Shown here piece after piece: positions 14,601 through 27,300 of a stretch of DNA of 64,000 nt. The notes under the pieces were generated by a model. It saw only the letters and a program-made list of their open reading frames with translations. It did no database searches and was not told where the DNA came from. Both the position numbers and the translations under genes were made by a program. How positions within the stretch are numbered: the stretch's first letter is position 1; every line of letters starts with the position of its first letter. The stretch lies in contig CM052817.1 of NCBI GenBank assembly GCA_028534125.1, positions 43,402,001 through 43,466,000 of the forward strand. The letters run 5' to 3'. The stretch comes from Lama glama. Taxonomy: Eukaryota.

Positions 14601-17600
14601 TCTCATATGCAGCTGAGTACCTAGACAGGCCAAGAGAGGAATGGAATGAAGGAGCTACACTGAGAGGCCAGGTAGGATGACGGCATCTTTGTTTAAAGAT
14701 GGGGCCAGAGGCAACAAAATCCTTCCAAGGAAGCTACTGGCTAGTTGCTTAAATATTTTGACACAATTTTAAAAATTACGTCAGGTAATGCCAAGTGATT
14801 ACCTACCTAATTTTCCTGCTGCTGATGTCTTCCATTGTGAAGTTGGAAATCTCTGAGAGTTCTTCCACCTCAGGTCCCGAGGTTCTTAGAAGAGCACCAT
14901 ACATGGGCAGAGAATTTAACTGAATCCAGATTTCTCGGTCGGGAGACGAGTCATCCTAATCGGGCAAATATGAAGACATGAATGCGCATTTGCAGGAATA
15001 AATACTTCCAGTAGTTAAAGATCATGGGTGCTTCCTTCTTGCCTAAATGGAAAAATCTCTTTCCTTTTATGATAAAGCATATCATTTCAAACTGCATGCA
15101 AACCCCAGTATTTATTTCTCCTACAGGGTTTCTTTGATCAAGATAATAGTGGGAAATGCACTTTAGGTACGGGGCATAAAACAAAGAGATGCCCTACGGT
15201 TACTTAAAGAGCCACACAAGGTTATGTTTTTATTACAAGCATCTGGTGAAGAACAAAACATAGTCAGAAACATGTCATCTTTCTATAAACACAGTTGTAA
15301 TCTTCTTCTAGAGTTTCTCAGAAGAGTCTGCTTTTCAGAAACAGGTAAAATTCCATTATACATTGCTAACAATGATTTAAAAATTCTGTGAAACAGAAAG
15401 AATGGAAGTTGTTTAGCTGAGCCAATGCCTTAATGTTCAACATGATAAAAACTGTAGGTTAACAGAAGACTTGAGGAAACTTTATGGATTTCACTCGATC
15501 AGGACCAAATCTATGGATGCTCAACCCTCAAGATGCCCAGTTTAATGAAGACCCTTCCTTTATTTCCCTTTCCTCTGCACTGTTTTTGGAGAAATAAAAC
15601 TGGCTCTCTTGTCTTTCTACATGGATTGTCACTGAATGTCTTAATGAACAATTTTCTCTTTCTCCAAGGATATTTTCGGAACTATCTCGAAGGCAGGCAA
15701 TATCTCTTTGGAAAGATTCCCCGAGTCATTCATCTTTCAGAGCAGTTGATTGTGAACATGGGGGCACTTGACACTTTACCATAGGAACAAAAAGAAATAG
15801 TGTATGGCCAAGTGTACTCTCAAATGCAAATTTTCATGGCTAGGTTGTACACTTAGTTGAGGTATGAGACCAGGAAGGTGAGCGCAGCTACCTGGGGATC
15901 TGGGGCAGCAGGTTGTAGTCAGCTGTCATTTAGATTCCGAAGGATCGCTTTGACAGTTCAGAGCCTCAATGCAAGATCAGAATTTTCCATATTTCCTCAC
16001 ATCACTTGACAACAGCAAGGAAGGAAACTCAAATTCACTGAAGCTGCAAAACTTCAGAAAATTTCCCCTAAATTTATATTTTAGAAGCTTCTCTTTTTTC
16101 ACATGGGTTATCAAATACAATATGCAAGCTTCCAAAAGACTATTTCTTTTTTTTTTAAGTCACCCAATACCATTTGAAAGGCAATTGTCTTTTCCACTGC
16201 TTCTCAGATGCCTAGATTTCAGCTACTTTTCTGAAATAAAGGCCACCCAACTACCTTTGCTTTCTTTCTTTTTTCTTTTTAAAAGCTCTTTGTGAAATCT
16301 GATGCTAGAATAGAGTTGGTCAGAGGGACAGATAAGTCGAGACATATCTCACACTATGACAAAGATGCATGCTTCAGTAAGTGGATATGAATAGTTAAGA
16401 GACTACTTACTATTACTGTAAGTACCCTCTGGGGGAAAATTTTTAAAAGACAGCTGAGAGTTCTAAGGTATTGTCATCCGAGGTGGTGATAAACTACAAG
16501 GACAGAGCTCCCGGTACTTGATTAGAATGAAGAGCTTCTAAATTCCACACTGGCAAATTTGGCAGAGAAATGCTTATTTCATGTCAGGCACAACTTATTA
16601 TAATCTTTCAAATCTCAAATGACTGCTGGGTTTGGAAGAGGATGAAATCAGCTGAATTTTTTTTTTCCTGAAAATGCTGTCATAACTTATAGAAAATTAC
16701 TATTTGGGGATATTCAAGATATTGTGGGTGAAAAAAATCCCTAAGAATATAGACCTTGTTCTCATGAAATTTTCCTACTCAAACACCTTCTTGCCCATTT
16801 TATATTAATTCATTTTTTCCATTTTCTTTTTATTATTTATACATCTATTCAGCACAAGGACTAGAACTCTGATAATTAACATTTACATACGTGCTCCTCT
16901 TCTATCCTGACCCTGGGCCAGCCATCATTTTAGATCTTGTTTCTCATTTCCTTGAATTTCTTGATATAGTTTGATATATTACTAAAAAGTATTTTTAGTT
17001 TTTTTTTTAACTTAGGAAAAGGAGTTAGACACTCCTCTTGTGGGATTTATTTTTCTTTTGACTCAATAGCAGACTGCTAAGATCCATTAACCTATTTTTG
17101 TGCAGCTATAGTTCATCTGTTTTGAGTGTTCTCTGATGTTCCATAAAGTAAGTAAACCCAAAGTTATCTGTTATCCCCTTGATGCTGATGGACATTTGGC
17201 TTGTATCAATATTTTTGCTGTTACAAATAGTGTCACTATTACAAACAGTATTGCTCTGAACATTCTTGTGCATATTTTTTGTGCGTATCTTATGCACGTG
17301 TGAGTGTCTCCTGGATAGGAACCTAGGAGTGGCATGGTTAGAGTATACGGCCTCAACAGATGATGCCAGATTCTTTCTCAGAGTTCTAATTTACACTTCC
17401 ATCAGCAAAGAAGCTCCTATTTCTCTCCCAACATTTGGTATTCTCATACTTGTAAATTTCTGCCAATTGAATTGGTATTAAGTGGAATATAGTCTTAATT
17501 TGCTTCTCCTGATAACTAAAAAGGTGACTATCTCTCCTTATATTTATTGGCCCTGTGGGCTCCTCTTCTGAAATTCTTGCTCATGTCTCCTGTTCATTTT

Positions 17601-20600
17601 TCAAATGGATTATTTTTCTTCTGAATTTGCAGACGTTCTTCATATATTCTTTGTTATTTTTGGTTACATGTGTTGCAAATATCTTCTTCCAATTTGTAAC
17701 TTGTCTGTTTTTTTTTGGTATTTATGATGTGTTTTGGGGAGCATAAACTTAATTTTACTATAGTCAAGTTTATCAATCTCTTCTTTATAGTTAGCACTTT
17801 TTGTTTCTAGTTTAAGAAATTCTTCCCTTGCCCAGTATGATGAAAATATTCACCTATATACTACAAAGAATTGTAAAATTTTTTACTTGTGACATTTAAG
17901 TACTTGATTTGCTACAGTTAATATCTGTGTAGGGTGGGACGTGGCAGTACAAGTTCTTGTTTTTTTACATATGAATAATAATTTTGTGCAGATCCATGTT
18001 TAAATAGTTCCTCCTGTTTCCACTGATCTGGCTAGATGTATCTGCTTTATCTGACAGTCCCAAGAGTGGGTCTGTTTCTGGACTCTCTAATATATTCCAG
18101 GACTGCACTGCTTTAAACAGTGCAGGTTTTAATGAATCCTGGTATCTGATAGGGCAAGCCCCTGCCCTCCTATCATTCATTTTCAGAATTTTGGCCCTTT
18201 TTTGTTCCTTATGTATTGTGGAATCAGCTTATCAAGATCCTTTAAAAGTCCATTGGGCTTTTTTTTTTTTTTTGACAGATCCCGACTCAGGTTTATTTGT
18301 ACAAAATAGCACAGGAGGACACCAGCCATGGGCTTTTGATTGGAACTCAAGAGAATGGAAAGATCACATTGCGGGAGAACTGATTTCTTTTTGATACTAA
18401 ATCTTCCTATTCACGAATATGGTTGGTGTATCTTGTTATTTATTTAGTATTTTTCAAAATGTCAATTAAGTATTATAATTTTCCCTATAGATATATTGCC
18501 TGGTTTTTGCTAGATTTAGTCCAATGAATATAATTTTTGTGATGTTATTACAAGTGGTAGCATCTTGTTAGTTACATTTACTGGCTATTTTTTGCTTATG
18601 TATAGAAATGCTCTCGTTTTGTTGATCTTCTGTTTGGCCCCTTGGTAAATTCTCCTTTTATTTCTAATACTTTGTCAAGACATTCTTTTGGATTTTCTTT
18701 ATAGTCAGTCATAACATCAATTTTCCCTAGAAGTTACACACCTTTTGTTACATTTATTCCTAATATGTGTTGTGTAATATTATTATAGATGGTATCATAT
18801 TTTGAATTAATGTATTTTTGGCTGGTGCCTAGAAATTCTATTAGCTATCTAAGATTAATCTTAACCTCCCCATGCTACAAATGAGGAAATGGAGCCCTAG
18901 AGAGTTAAGTAACTTGTCAGGGGTTATTACACCAGTAAAAGTGGTGAGCTTGAATTAAAACTCGTTCATTCTAACCACAAAACCCTACCATCCCTCCCCT
19001 ACTTGTTGACTTGCAGTACAGAGCAAACGGTGTATAGGAAGCCACCATTAAGAAGCAAATCACACAGAACCCCACTTTTGCCTTTTGTTTCTCCTAACAT
19101 CAATATCACCTTCTTGGAGTTAATGATACTCTAATTAAGAACAAGCTCACTTGCTCCTATCCCTTATATTCTGCTCCATTTATGACCAGAATTTCAGACG
19201 GCTTTTCCAACCTTTCCAAATGTTCACTGCAAACTCACTAACTATGCATATCTAGAAAAAATTTCCCCATAACACGAAGTACAACAGATTCTTCTACAAT
19301 CCTCAGAGAAAGTTAGTATATAACTTAGCTTAGTCTTTAAAATATGCTTCGCTTTCAAACGGGATAGAATACTTCTTTTCAAGCCTTTGCGCTCTGGTGG
19401 GTAAATCACATTCAATCAATTTCTGAAACTATATGTTCAGTTGCCAATGGGCTTGCATTTTGATCTGCAGCTTATAATACGCATTTAATGGGAAGGAACC
19501 ACTCCTGGAATCCTATTCTGGGTCTGTCAAACATTTTTCAAGCCTTAGTGATCTATTGATTAAATCTGTATCCATCCATTTTTATGAATTTGTGTTTCAT
19601 AAGATTCTAAAGACTATATAACCTAAGGGAAGAATCACTTGTCAATTAAAAAAAAAGAACAAAATCAAAGTTGTTCTGAAACTATACTAGACCCAGGAGA
19701 AGTATTAGGGTGGAATGCAGTTTCCCATAACTTAAGAAAAGACAATTTTAGGGGGGTATCTGTGCAAAAGCAATTGAAGCAATTGTTCCCAGGCCAATGC
19801 TTTATCGTCCATCTACTATTCAGGACTAGATTTTATAGCCAGACTCTTCAGCCCAGAAAAGGATTACTTAAAACTATATAGTGGTTTTTTTTTGTTAAGA
19901 AAGGCCAGTTTATTGGTTAAAATTTTAAAATCAGCAAAGGAAAAATTCAATACTAAGAATGATACCATCTAGATAATCATTCTTATTTTCAAGGTATTTG
20001 TCAAAACGACCTATTATTTTTACATAGAGAGTTCATATCTGTTTACAACATACATAAATGAAAAATAAAATTAATTTCCTCATTATCCTTAGCTCCAGAA
20101 GTAAAGTCAAAGAAAGAAGATGAGTTTAATTAGCCAGGATCACTTATCAAATTAGGGTCAGATTGGGGATTAAAAAAAACAAACTGGAGTTCCTGAATCT
20201 ACGCTTGTTCCCTAACCACACTGCCTCTCTTGAGGCATGGGATGGGGGGTGACACAGCATCTTGCCAAAGGACCGTGCCAGCATTCTGTCTAGAGCTGAA
20301 CCTGAGATGACAGCTGGTGAAATGTGGGCTTTCTCAGAAAAGTGGGCCATGAAATACCATTACCTATTAGTCACTGACCAGGTACGTTCTTCAAAAATTC
20401 TCTTTCCCTAAAATTCCCATTTGAAATACGGATGGAGCTTAAAATAGGAGGACTTGGGCTTTTTTTGAGATTGGCACTGTTTCCTGTTGACAGTCATCTA
20501 CCCCTGCACATACTCATTGTGTTTTCATCAACATTCTGCTCAGCCACTCTGCTAATGAGACACCGGAGCAGCTGGAATACACAGTGTAACTCTTTCCCAA

Positions 20601-23600
20601 GAGTAGAGCTATAGTGAAGCTGAGAAAAATGTTCCTTATATGGCTTATATGGCTGTATACCTAATGGCCCAAGGATTCAGCTATGGCATTGCTTTCCGGT
20701 CAGCCCTGACAGAGGGAGCAGTGGACAGAAAGACAAACGTAAGAACTTACAGTGTAAGCAAGATGTGCCCTAGTGATGACAGCTGTGCTTTGACTAGCGA
20801 CGGTCAGGCTCAGAGAGGCACCAGCAGCCAGCTGAGGCCCTCGGACCTCGGGTGGCGACACCTCCACTCTCACGTCCACTGTTGTCGTGGAGATGCCATC
20901 TGTAACTGAGATCTCCAGGCTGTCCTCCCAGGCAGAGGAGCCATCATGCAGATACTGCAGAACGTTTTTCTCAATATCCTCATACGTGAAAGTGTCACCT
21001 TTCAAGAATAAAACAAATCGCAGAAAACCATTACCTCTGGGAATAAAGCTTTTCATTTACATAACACCTTTGTTCTCAGGATTTCAAAGTATATACATCA
21101 TAAACTCTGGGAGTTGCAAGCCAATTAGTCCAACCACCCACCCAGGACAAGATTCCCTTTCCACTAGAAAAAGGGTTATCTAGCCTGTCCTTCAACACAT
21201 CTCAAGGTGGAAGTCTCACTGTTTTACAAGGGAGCCAGTTCCACTGGAGATAGCTCTACATTGTTTTTTTTAAAGTTCTTAATCATATTGAGTCAAAATC
21301 TGCCTCTCTAAGATCCATTCATCACTTAGTTCTAGAGAATAAAGGACATGCTTCTATTCTTTATGTTAGCCCTTCCAGAATCTAATCTTAATACTGAAAA
21401 TTTATTGATAAAGTTAAGAAAGTAAATTATGCTAGATAAACCTGTAAGAGTTCTTTGTTTTAACTGTAAGTACAATGTTTTCTTTTTTAAATGAAAAAAA
21501 TTTAAAAATTTAAAATTTGTCATTAGAAACCCAGCCTGTGTAAGCCTAGAGCACTAATTTGTGACCCACCTGATAAGTATTGTGTGAAAAAAGTTTCAAG
21601 GTCATAAATGTTTAAGAAAAACAGGTTTAAACAAAACTTTAAAAAATTTTAAATAGCAGGATTTATTAAAATTCTAGACTCTTTAATATACAATATTAAA
21701 GCTTCCCAAATTGTTTGGTCATGGAACCTTTTTTATGAGAAATGCTTCTTAGTACCATGGGCCCCAGTGATTCCATGAGCACAGTTAAGAACTGGTGTTC
21801 TTGGAGGCCCTACTGCCTCATGGATTATTGACTCTCATAACTGAAGTTATATAATAAAACCAAAGAATTTATTCATTCTTTTTATTCATCTTCTAAGCCT
21901 TCTCCTTCAACACTGTGTTACTGTGAATTACTGGTGTTAGTGGTATTGTACCTAAAAGAAGTAATAAACTAATATTTTATAAACATCTTTAGAACATATA
22001 TATTAATTACACAAATGTAAGTTAACTATAATGTTAAACAAACTGGGCCATGACTGTTACGCTCCTAATATAGTTCCCTTAGGATGCCAGGAATCTATCT
22101 TAACGATACTTCTTTTGTTCAGTAAATTTTTAAAAATATGCCTTTGTGACTCCCAAGTGCCTATTTGTTGCTGTTATAAATTCAAGGCACCTTCAAGGTC
22201 AAAGATGTGACACTCTCCCTCTGCAGGAATATTCAGAAGAATGTATTATTCCATGCCTATTAGGAATTATATAAAGATTTTGAGAAAGTACAGATTGTCA
22301 GAATAAGTATATAGCATCCCAGGGTGACTACTTTGAAAGGGCTAATATTCATTTTGCTATATAAGGGCTGACTATTAAAATTTAGATCTTGTTGTGTTCT
22401 TGTGCTCTTCTGTACTTCCTAAACAATCAGCATGTATTCTTTTTTATAATCAGAGAAGGAACAATAAATATTGTTTGGAAAGCTGGTCACATTACCATCC
22501 TTTTTTAATGGATGAAGAGACATGTAGTTTACACTACAAGTCAGAGTCCCAGTGCCGAAAATATTGTGAAGATCCACATACCCAAGTAAGGAGACAAATT
22601 TATCTCCATGAACAAACCATGGGCAAGTGGGAGCAGACAACTCATTTGAGGTTGTTCTAAATGTATTTACTCCAGATTTCAGAAATCAACTGGTTTTACC
22701 TACAACTTGAGGACATAGCTTCCTGCTCTGGGGTGTGGGCGGTGGGGGTGCAGAGAAAGATGTCCCAAGTATCTCAGCCAATGGACTAAACACACTAAAG
22801 GTTTTTCCTAAGTATCTCCTTACAGTTTGTCCCACGATGTTGCTTTATGTCCTGTCTGAGACACATAAAACCGACGGTAGAGCAAGAAATCCTCTAAGCA
22901 GGCCAATGACAGAGTGAGCCGCTACCTGCAGCCATGGGTCCTGGGAACCCAGCTGTGTACTTAAGGAGCGCGCCATGCAGTGGAGGTGTGCGAAGCTCAA
23001 AGAGGAGTTCTTCAGGTGCTGTCTCGGTATCTCTTCCTACCAACTGGAGTCCTGCAGTCAGCAGAAAATAGCATGGTGAGAAGGTGTGTACACTAAAACC
23101 TCTACACTATGTGTACATTAAAGCCACAGGCCGGGCTGGAAGCCATGTTGTGGGTAATCTAATGGATATAAGAAAGCACCATTTGATTCGAATCAACCAC
23201 AAAAGAGTGAAAACTTGATGATACAGTCAATTCCCAAATTACAAGTAGGATCTTCCAAAAGTTAACTTACTAGCAGGTAGTTCTAACTTTAGAACATCTT
23301 TTTTTCTTTCATACAGATGAAGAAATGGAAGCCCACAAAAAGGTCAGTCCTGACTGACCAGGTAAGTTTTCTTCCAGAAAATACTCCCAGAAATTGTTTT
23401 TGTTTTTCATTGTTTCTTCCCTTCTTCTTTCTCTGAATTTACAGAAGAGTTAAGTTATCTTAACAATGGCTGCTCTGACCGTCGCTGACGTGAGCAGGAG
23501 TAGGGCAAACAGACAGTCATCTTTGCATATGTGGCTTGTTTATAAGTTGGATGATAAGTAATTTTAGACCAATACCCATATGTAGAAACTGGATACGGAT

Positions 23601-24292
23601 CTGTAGAGCTCACCTTAAAAAATCACAGTATCCACTGTTTGCTCTTAAGATGTTCTTGGTAAAAGAATCAAATTCTAATGAGTAAGTACACTAATAGGTA
23701 AATAAAATCACATACAAAATACTTGGGCCAACTCTAACTCCTCACAGCTTTTGAAGGTGATTGTGATCTGTCACTCCCATTACTCTTTACTTTCTAAACA
23801 GAAAACAGGAGCAGTCATTGAAATCACTCCCTCTCCCCTTTCTCCTCTCTGCTCTCTGTTTCTTTATATTTTACTGACGGCAACAAATCAAACTCCTGGA
23901 GGCTGGAAAATAAATTTGGGGTTGTAGCCCATCACTGAGCATTGGCCTCTGAAGGGTTGATTTCCCTCTTTCTGCGCTGCTTCTATCTGCATGGAGCTGG
24001 GCAGAGGGAAGGCGATGGATGAGAACGCGTACAACTTTGGGAAGAGGAGGTCACTACTTCTTGGTAACCATGAACAGGTTTAAACAGGGACTGTTGCTGA
24101 AATGTGGTTCCATTTCCAAAGCTCCGTTTCTCTCAGGTTCCCAGTTCTCACCTATAGCAGTGCTGCCTCCTGGGCTGACCTTGAGCAGTGGAGCTGTGAC
24201 CTGCAACACCGGCGGGTGCTGGTCAGTGGGAAGCAGGTGAATGGTGAGGGCCATCTCTGGACTTGTGTGCTCTCCATCTGAAACTAGAACAG

Positions 24293-24324
<32 letters not shown>

Positions 24325-27300
24325 CAACTTGTAGTCTAGGCTAGTTCTATAAATATGTAGCCAGAGGCTTTTTTAGATTACCATAACACTTTGAAGAGAT
24401 GCTTATAAATGGAAAAAGTAAGCAAGCAAGCAAGCTACTGTGAGCTATTCTACAAAGCTTATTCTACTGAATAACAAACAGGCTAAAGGATCATAACAAC
24501 AAAGTCGTTCTAAGAAGCACGTTTCACAACGAGGTGATATTGATAAATGTTAGTGGGAAGGAAAGTAATACAAAATATGCACTCTCAGACGAAGCTGGTG
24601 AAAGCTTTTATTTATGGAATTATTTTAGATTCAATTCATTCTTCCAATGTTCCAATATTATTTTCAAGAAATCTCTTTTAGGAATGACATGTCTATGTCT
24701 CAACAGAAAATAATTTTTAAAGGGGAAAGAAAATGTCTATACAAATATCTCTAACGGCATTTGTTTGGAAGAGAGCCAGACCCATTTCTACCTGGCCATG
24801 ATGCACATGCAATAAACGGAATATGCATTTGTGAACAAAACAGTGACCTTACGATTTTATTCCCTTGGATTATCCCTTGGACATCCAAGTGAACACCGAC
24901 TGCCAGAGGGAAATGAAAGCAGAAATGACAGACCCTTGATTCTCACTTCCACTTTCTCATTCCTTAACACACCATCCTTTCTCTAAAAGCCAGGTTTGGA
25001 GGAACATCTGCACCACAGCCATCCATGTGTCTATCTGTAGTGCCTATTGTGAAAACTGCCTTCTTGATTATTTTAAATATGTGGGATGCTTATATATGGG
25101 TTGGTTATAAGAAATCAGTTTCCTTCTCTTTCTTCTGGACTTAGTAACAAGTCAGTAGGAATCTGACCTCTACTTCAGCCAAATAAAGCTTTGCTTAGTG
25201 ACTTCTGGCAATGATTCCATACAGGTTTTAGATTTGTCTTTTTCTTGAGGACAGATCTAAAAGATACAGCTGGATTTTATAAGGCATACTCCACGTCCTA
25301 GAGAAGTCCAGAAATAGCCCTACTGAAGAAGAGAAGACATTATCCTTGTGAGGAGGAGGGTTTTATGGCTCTGGTCATTCAGTCAATGTCAGTCATTGCA
25401 TCTGCTTCTTTGAGCTCAATCACTTGTGCTCATCAGAGACAGGGACTAATGATGCTGAACTTTTGCGAGTTTGAGGACAAACATACAAACTTTTCCATAA
25501 ATTTCAGTGGATTCAGGATTCTCTGAAGTCCCTGGAATCTAACTTAAGAACTCCCCTTGATAAACTTTTTTAAAAATTGCAAAATATAATTTTAATTTTT
25601 TATGTTTTACATTGATTTTGTTTTTAAGTGGCGGGGGGGGCCCTCAGTGGGCCTTCATTATCCCAACTTCACCACAGAGGAAAGGAAAGGCTCTAAAACT
25701 TTAAAAGCTTTGGTCATATCACACAGCTGTCAGTGTGACCAAGGGGTAGCCTTGCCTCTACAGTAAAGGGAGGAAAGCTATTTTCTGGTACCTATTACAC
25801 AACAGTAAAATAGACCATGCGGGTGCAGGGCTTTGCAAGCAAACATGAAAACTTATAATTAAAACGTTAGCAATTCCATGTCTAGCCCTCTCTTTAAGCA
25901 ACGTTTCTCATTCCTCTGAGAAACAGTCAGACTGCCTCTTTGGTCAGATGCCTCCCACAGGCACCATTCACCTCGTGTGTCTTCCCTGCTCTGCACGGTT
26001 CTGTAGAGTACCTGTGCTTGTCTGGAAGCATCCAGGTCAGGAATATCAGCTTTCTTTCTCAGCTTAACTGATTAGCCAAATGAGCTGTTCTCTCTCATTT
26101 TATGGGTTAATATCAGGGCTTGGGTTTCGTGCTGCCTTAGTTCACTATGTGTCCAAGTTAAATTTCTCTCTCACAAAAGTCTCTTGAAGAAGATGACTTC
26201 TTTCCTACCAGATTCCAAAAGGTTTTCTCCTTAATTAAAAAGGAACATCTTACACATTTCACAACAATTAACTCAAAATGGATCATAGACCTAAATGCAA
26301 AACACAAAATTACAAAATTCTTAGACGATAACATAGGAAAAAACCTAGATGACCTTGGTTTGGTGATGCCTTTTTAGATACAAAACCAAAGAAATAATTG
26401 ATAAGCTGGATTTCATTAAAATTTAAAACTTCTGCTCTGTGAAAGACAGTGTCAAGAGTATGAGAAGGCAAGCCACAGACTGGGTGAAAATATTTGCAAA
26501 AGATACATCTGACTAAGGAGTGTTATCCAAAATGTACAAAGAGCTCTTAACAGCTAACAGCTAAGAAACAAACAACCTGATTAAAAAATAGGCTGAAGAC
26601 CTTAATGGATACCGCACCAAAGAAGACACAAACGGCAAATAAGCACGTGAAAAATATGCTCGTCGTCATATGTCAGCATGGAAACGCAAAGTAAAACAAC
26701 AGTAGGATCCCACCATGCACTAATTAGAATGGGCAGAATTTGGAACACTGACACCACCAAGTGCTTCTGAGGATATAGCCCAGAATGAATTCTCATATAC
26801 TGCTAGTCGGAATGCAAAATGGTATAGCCACTTTGGAAGATAGTTTGGCTGTTTCTTATAAAGCTAAACATACTCTTACCACCATATATAAGATTAGCAA
26901 TTGGAATCCTTGGTATTTCCCAAAGGAGTTGAAAAGTTATGTCTGCACAGAAATCTACACACAGATGTTTATAGCAGTTTTATTCATAATTGCCAAAACT
27001 TGGAAGCAACCAAGATGTCCTATAGTAAGTAAATGGACAAACTATGGTATAGCTGGACAATGGAATATTATTCAGCACTAAAAAAATAAATGAGCTACCA
27101 AACCATGAAAAGACACAGAGGAATCTTAAAAGCATATTACTAAGTAAAGAAAGCTAAGTGAAAAGGCTACATGCTGTATAATTCCAACTATATGATATTC
27201 TGAAAAGGGCAAAACTATGGAAGACAATAAAAAGAATAGTGGTTGCCAAAGGTGGGAGGTAGGAGTGGGGAGAGGAGTGGGGAGAGAGTAGGTACAGCAC

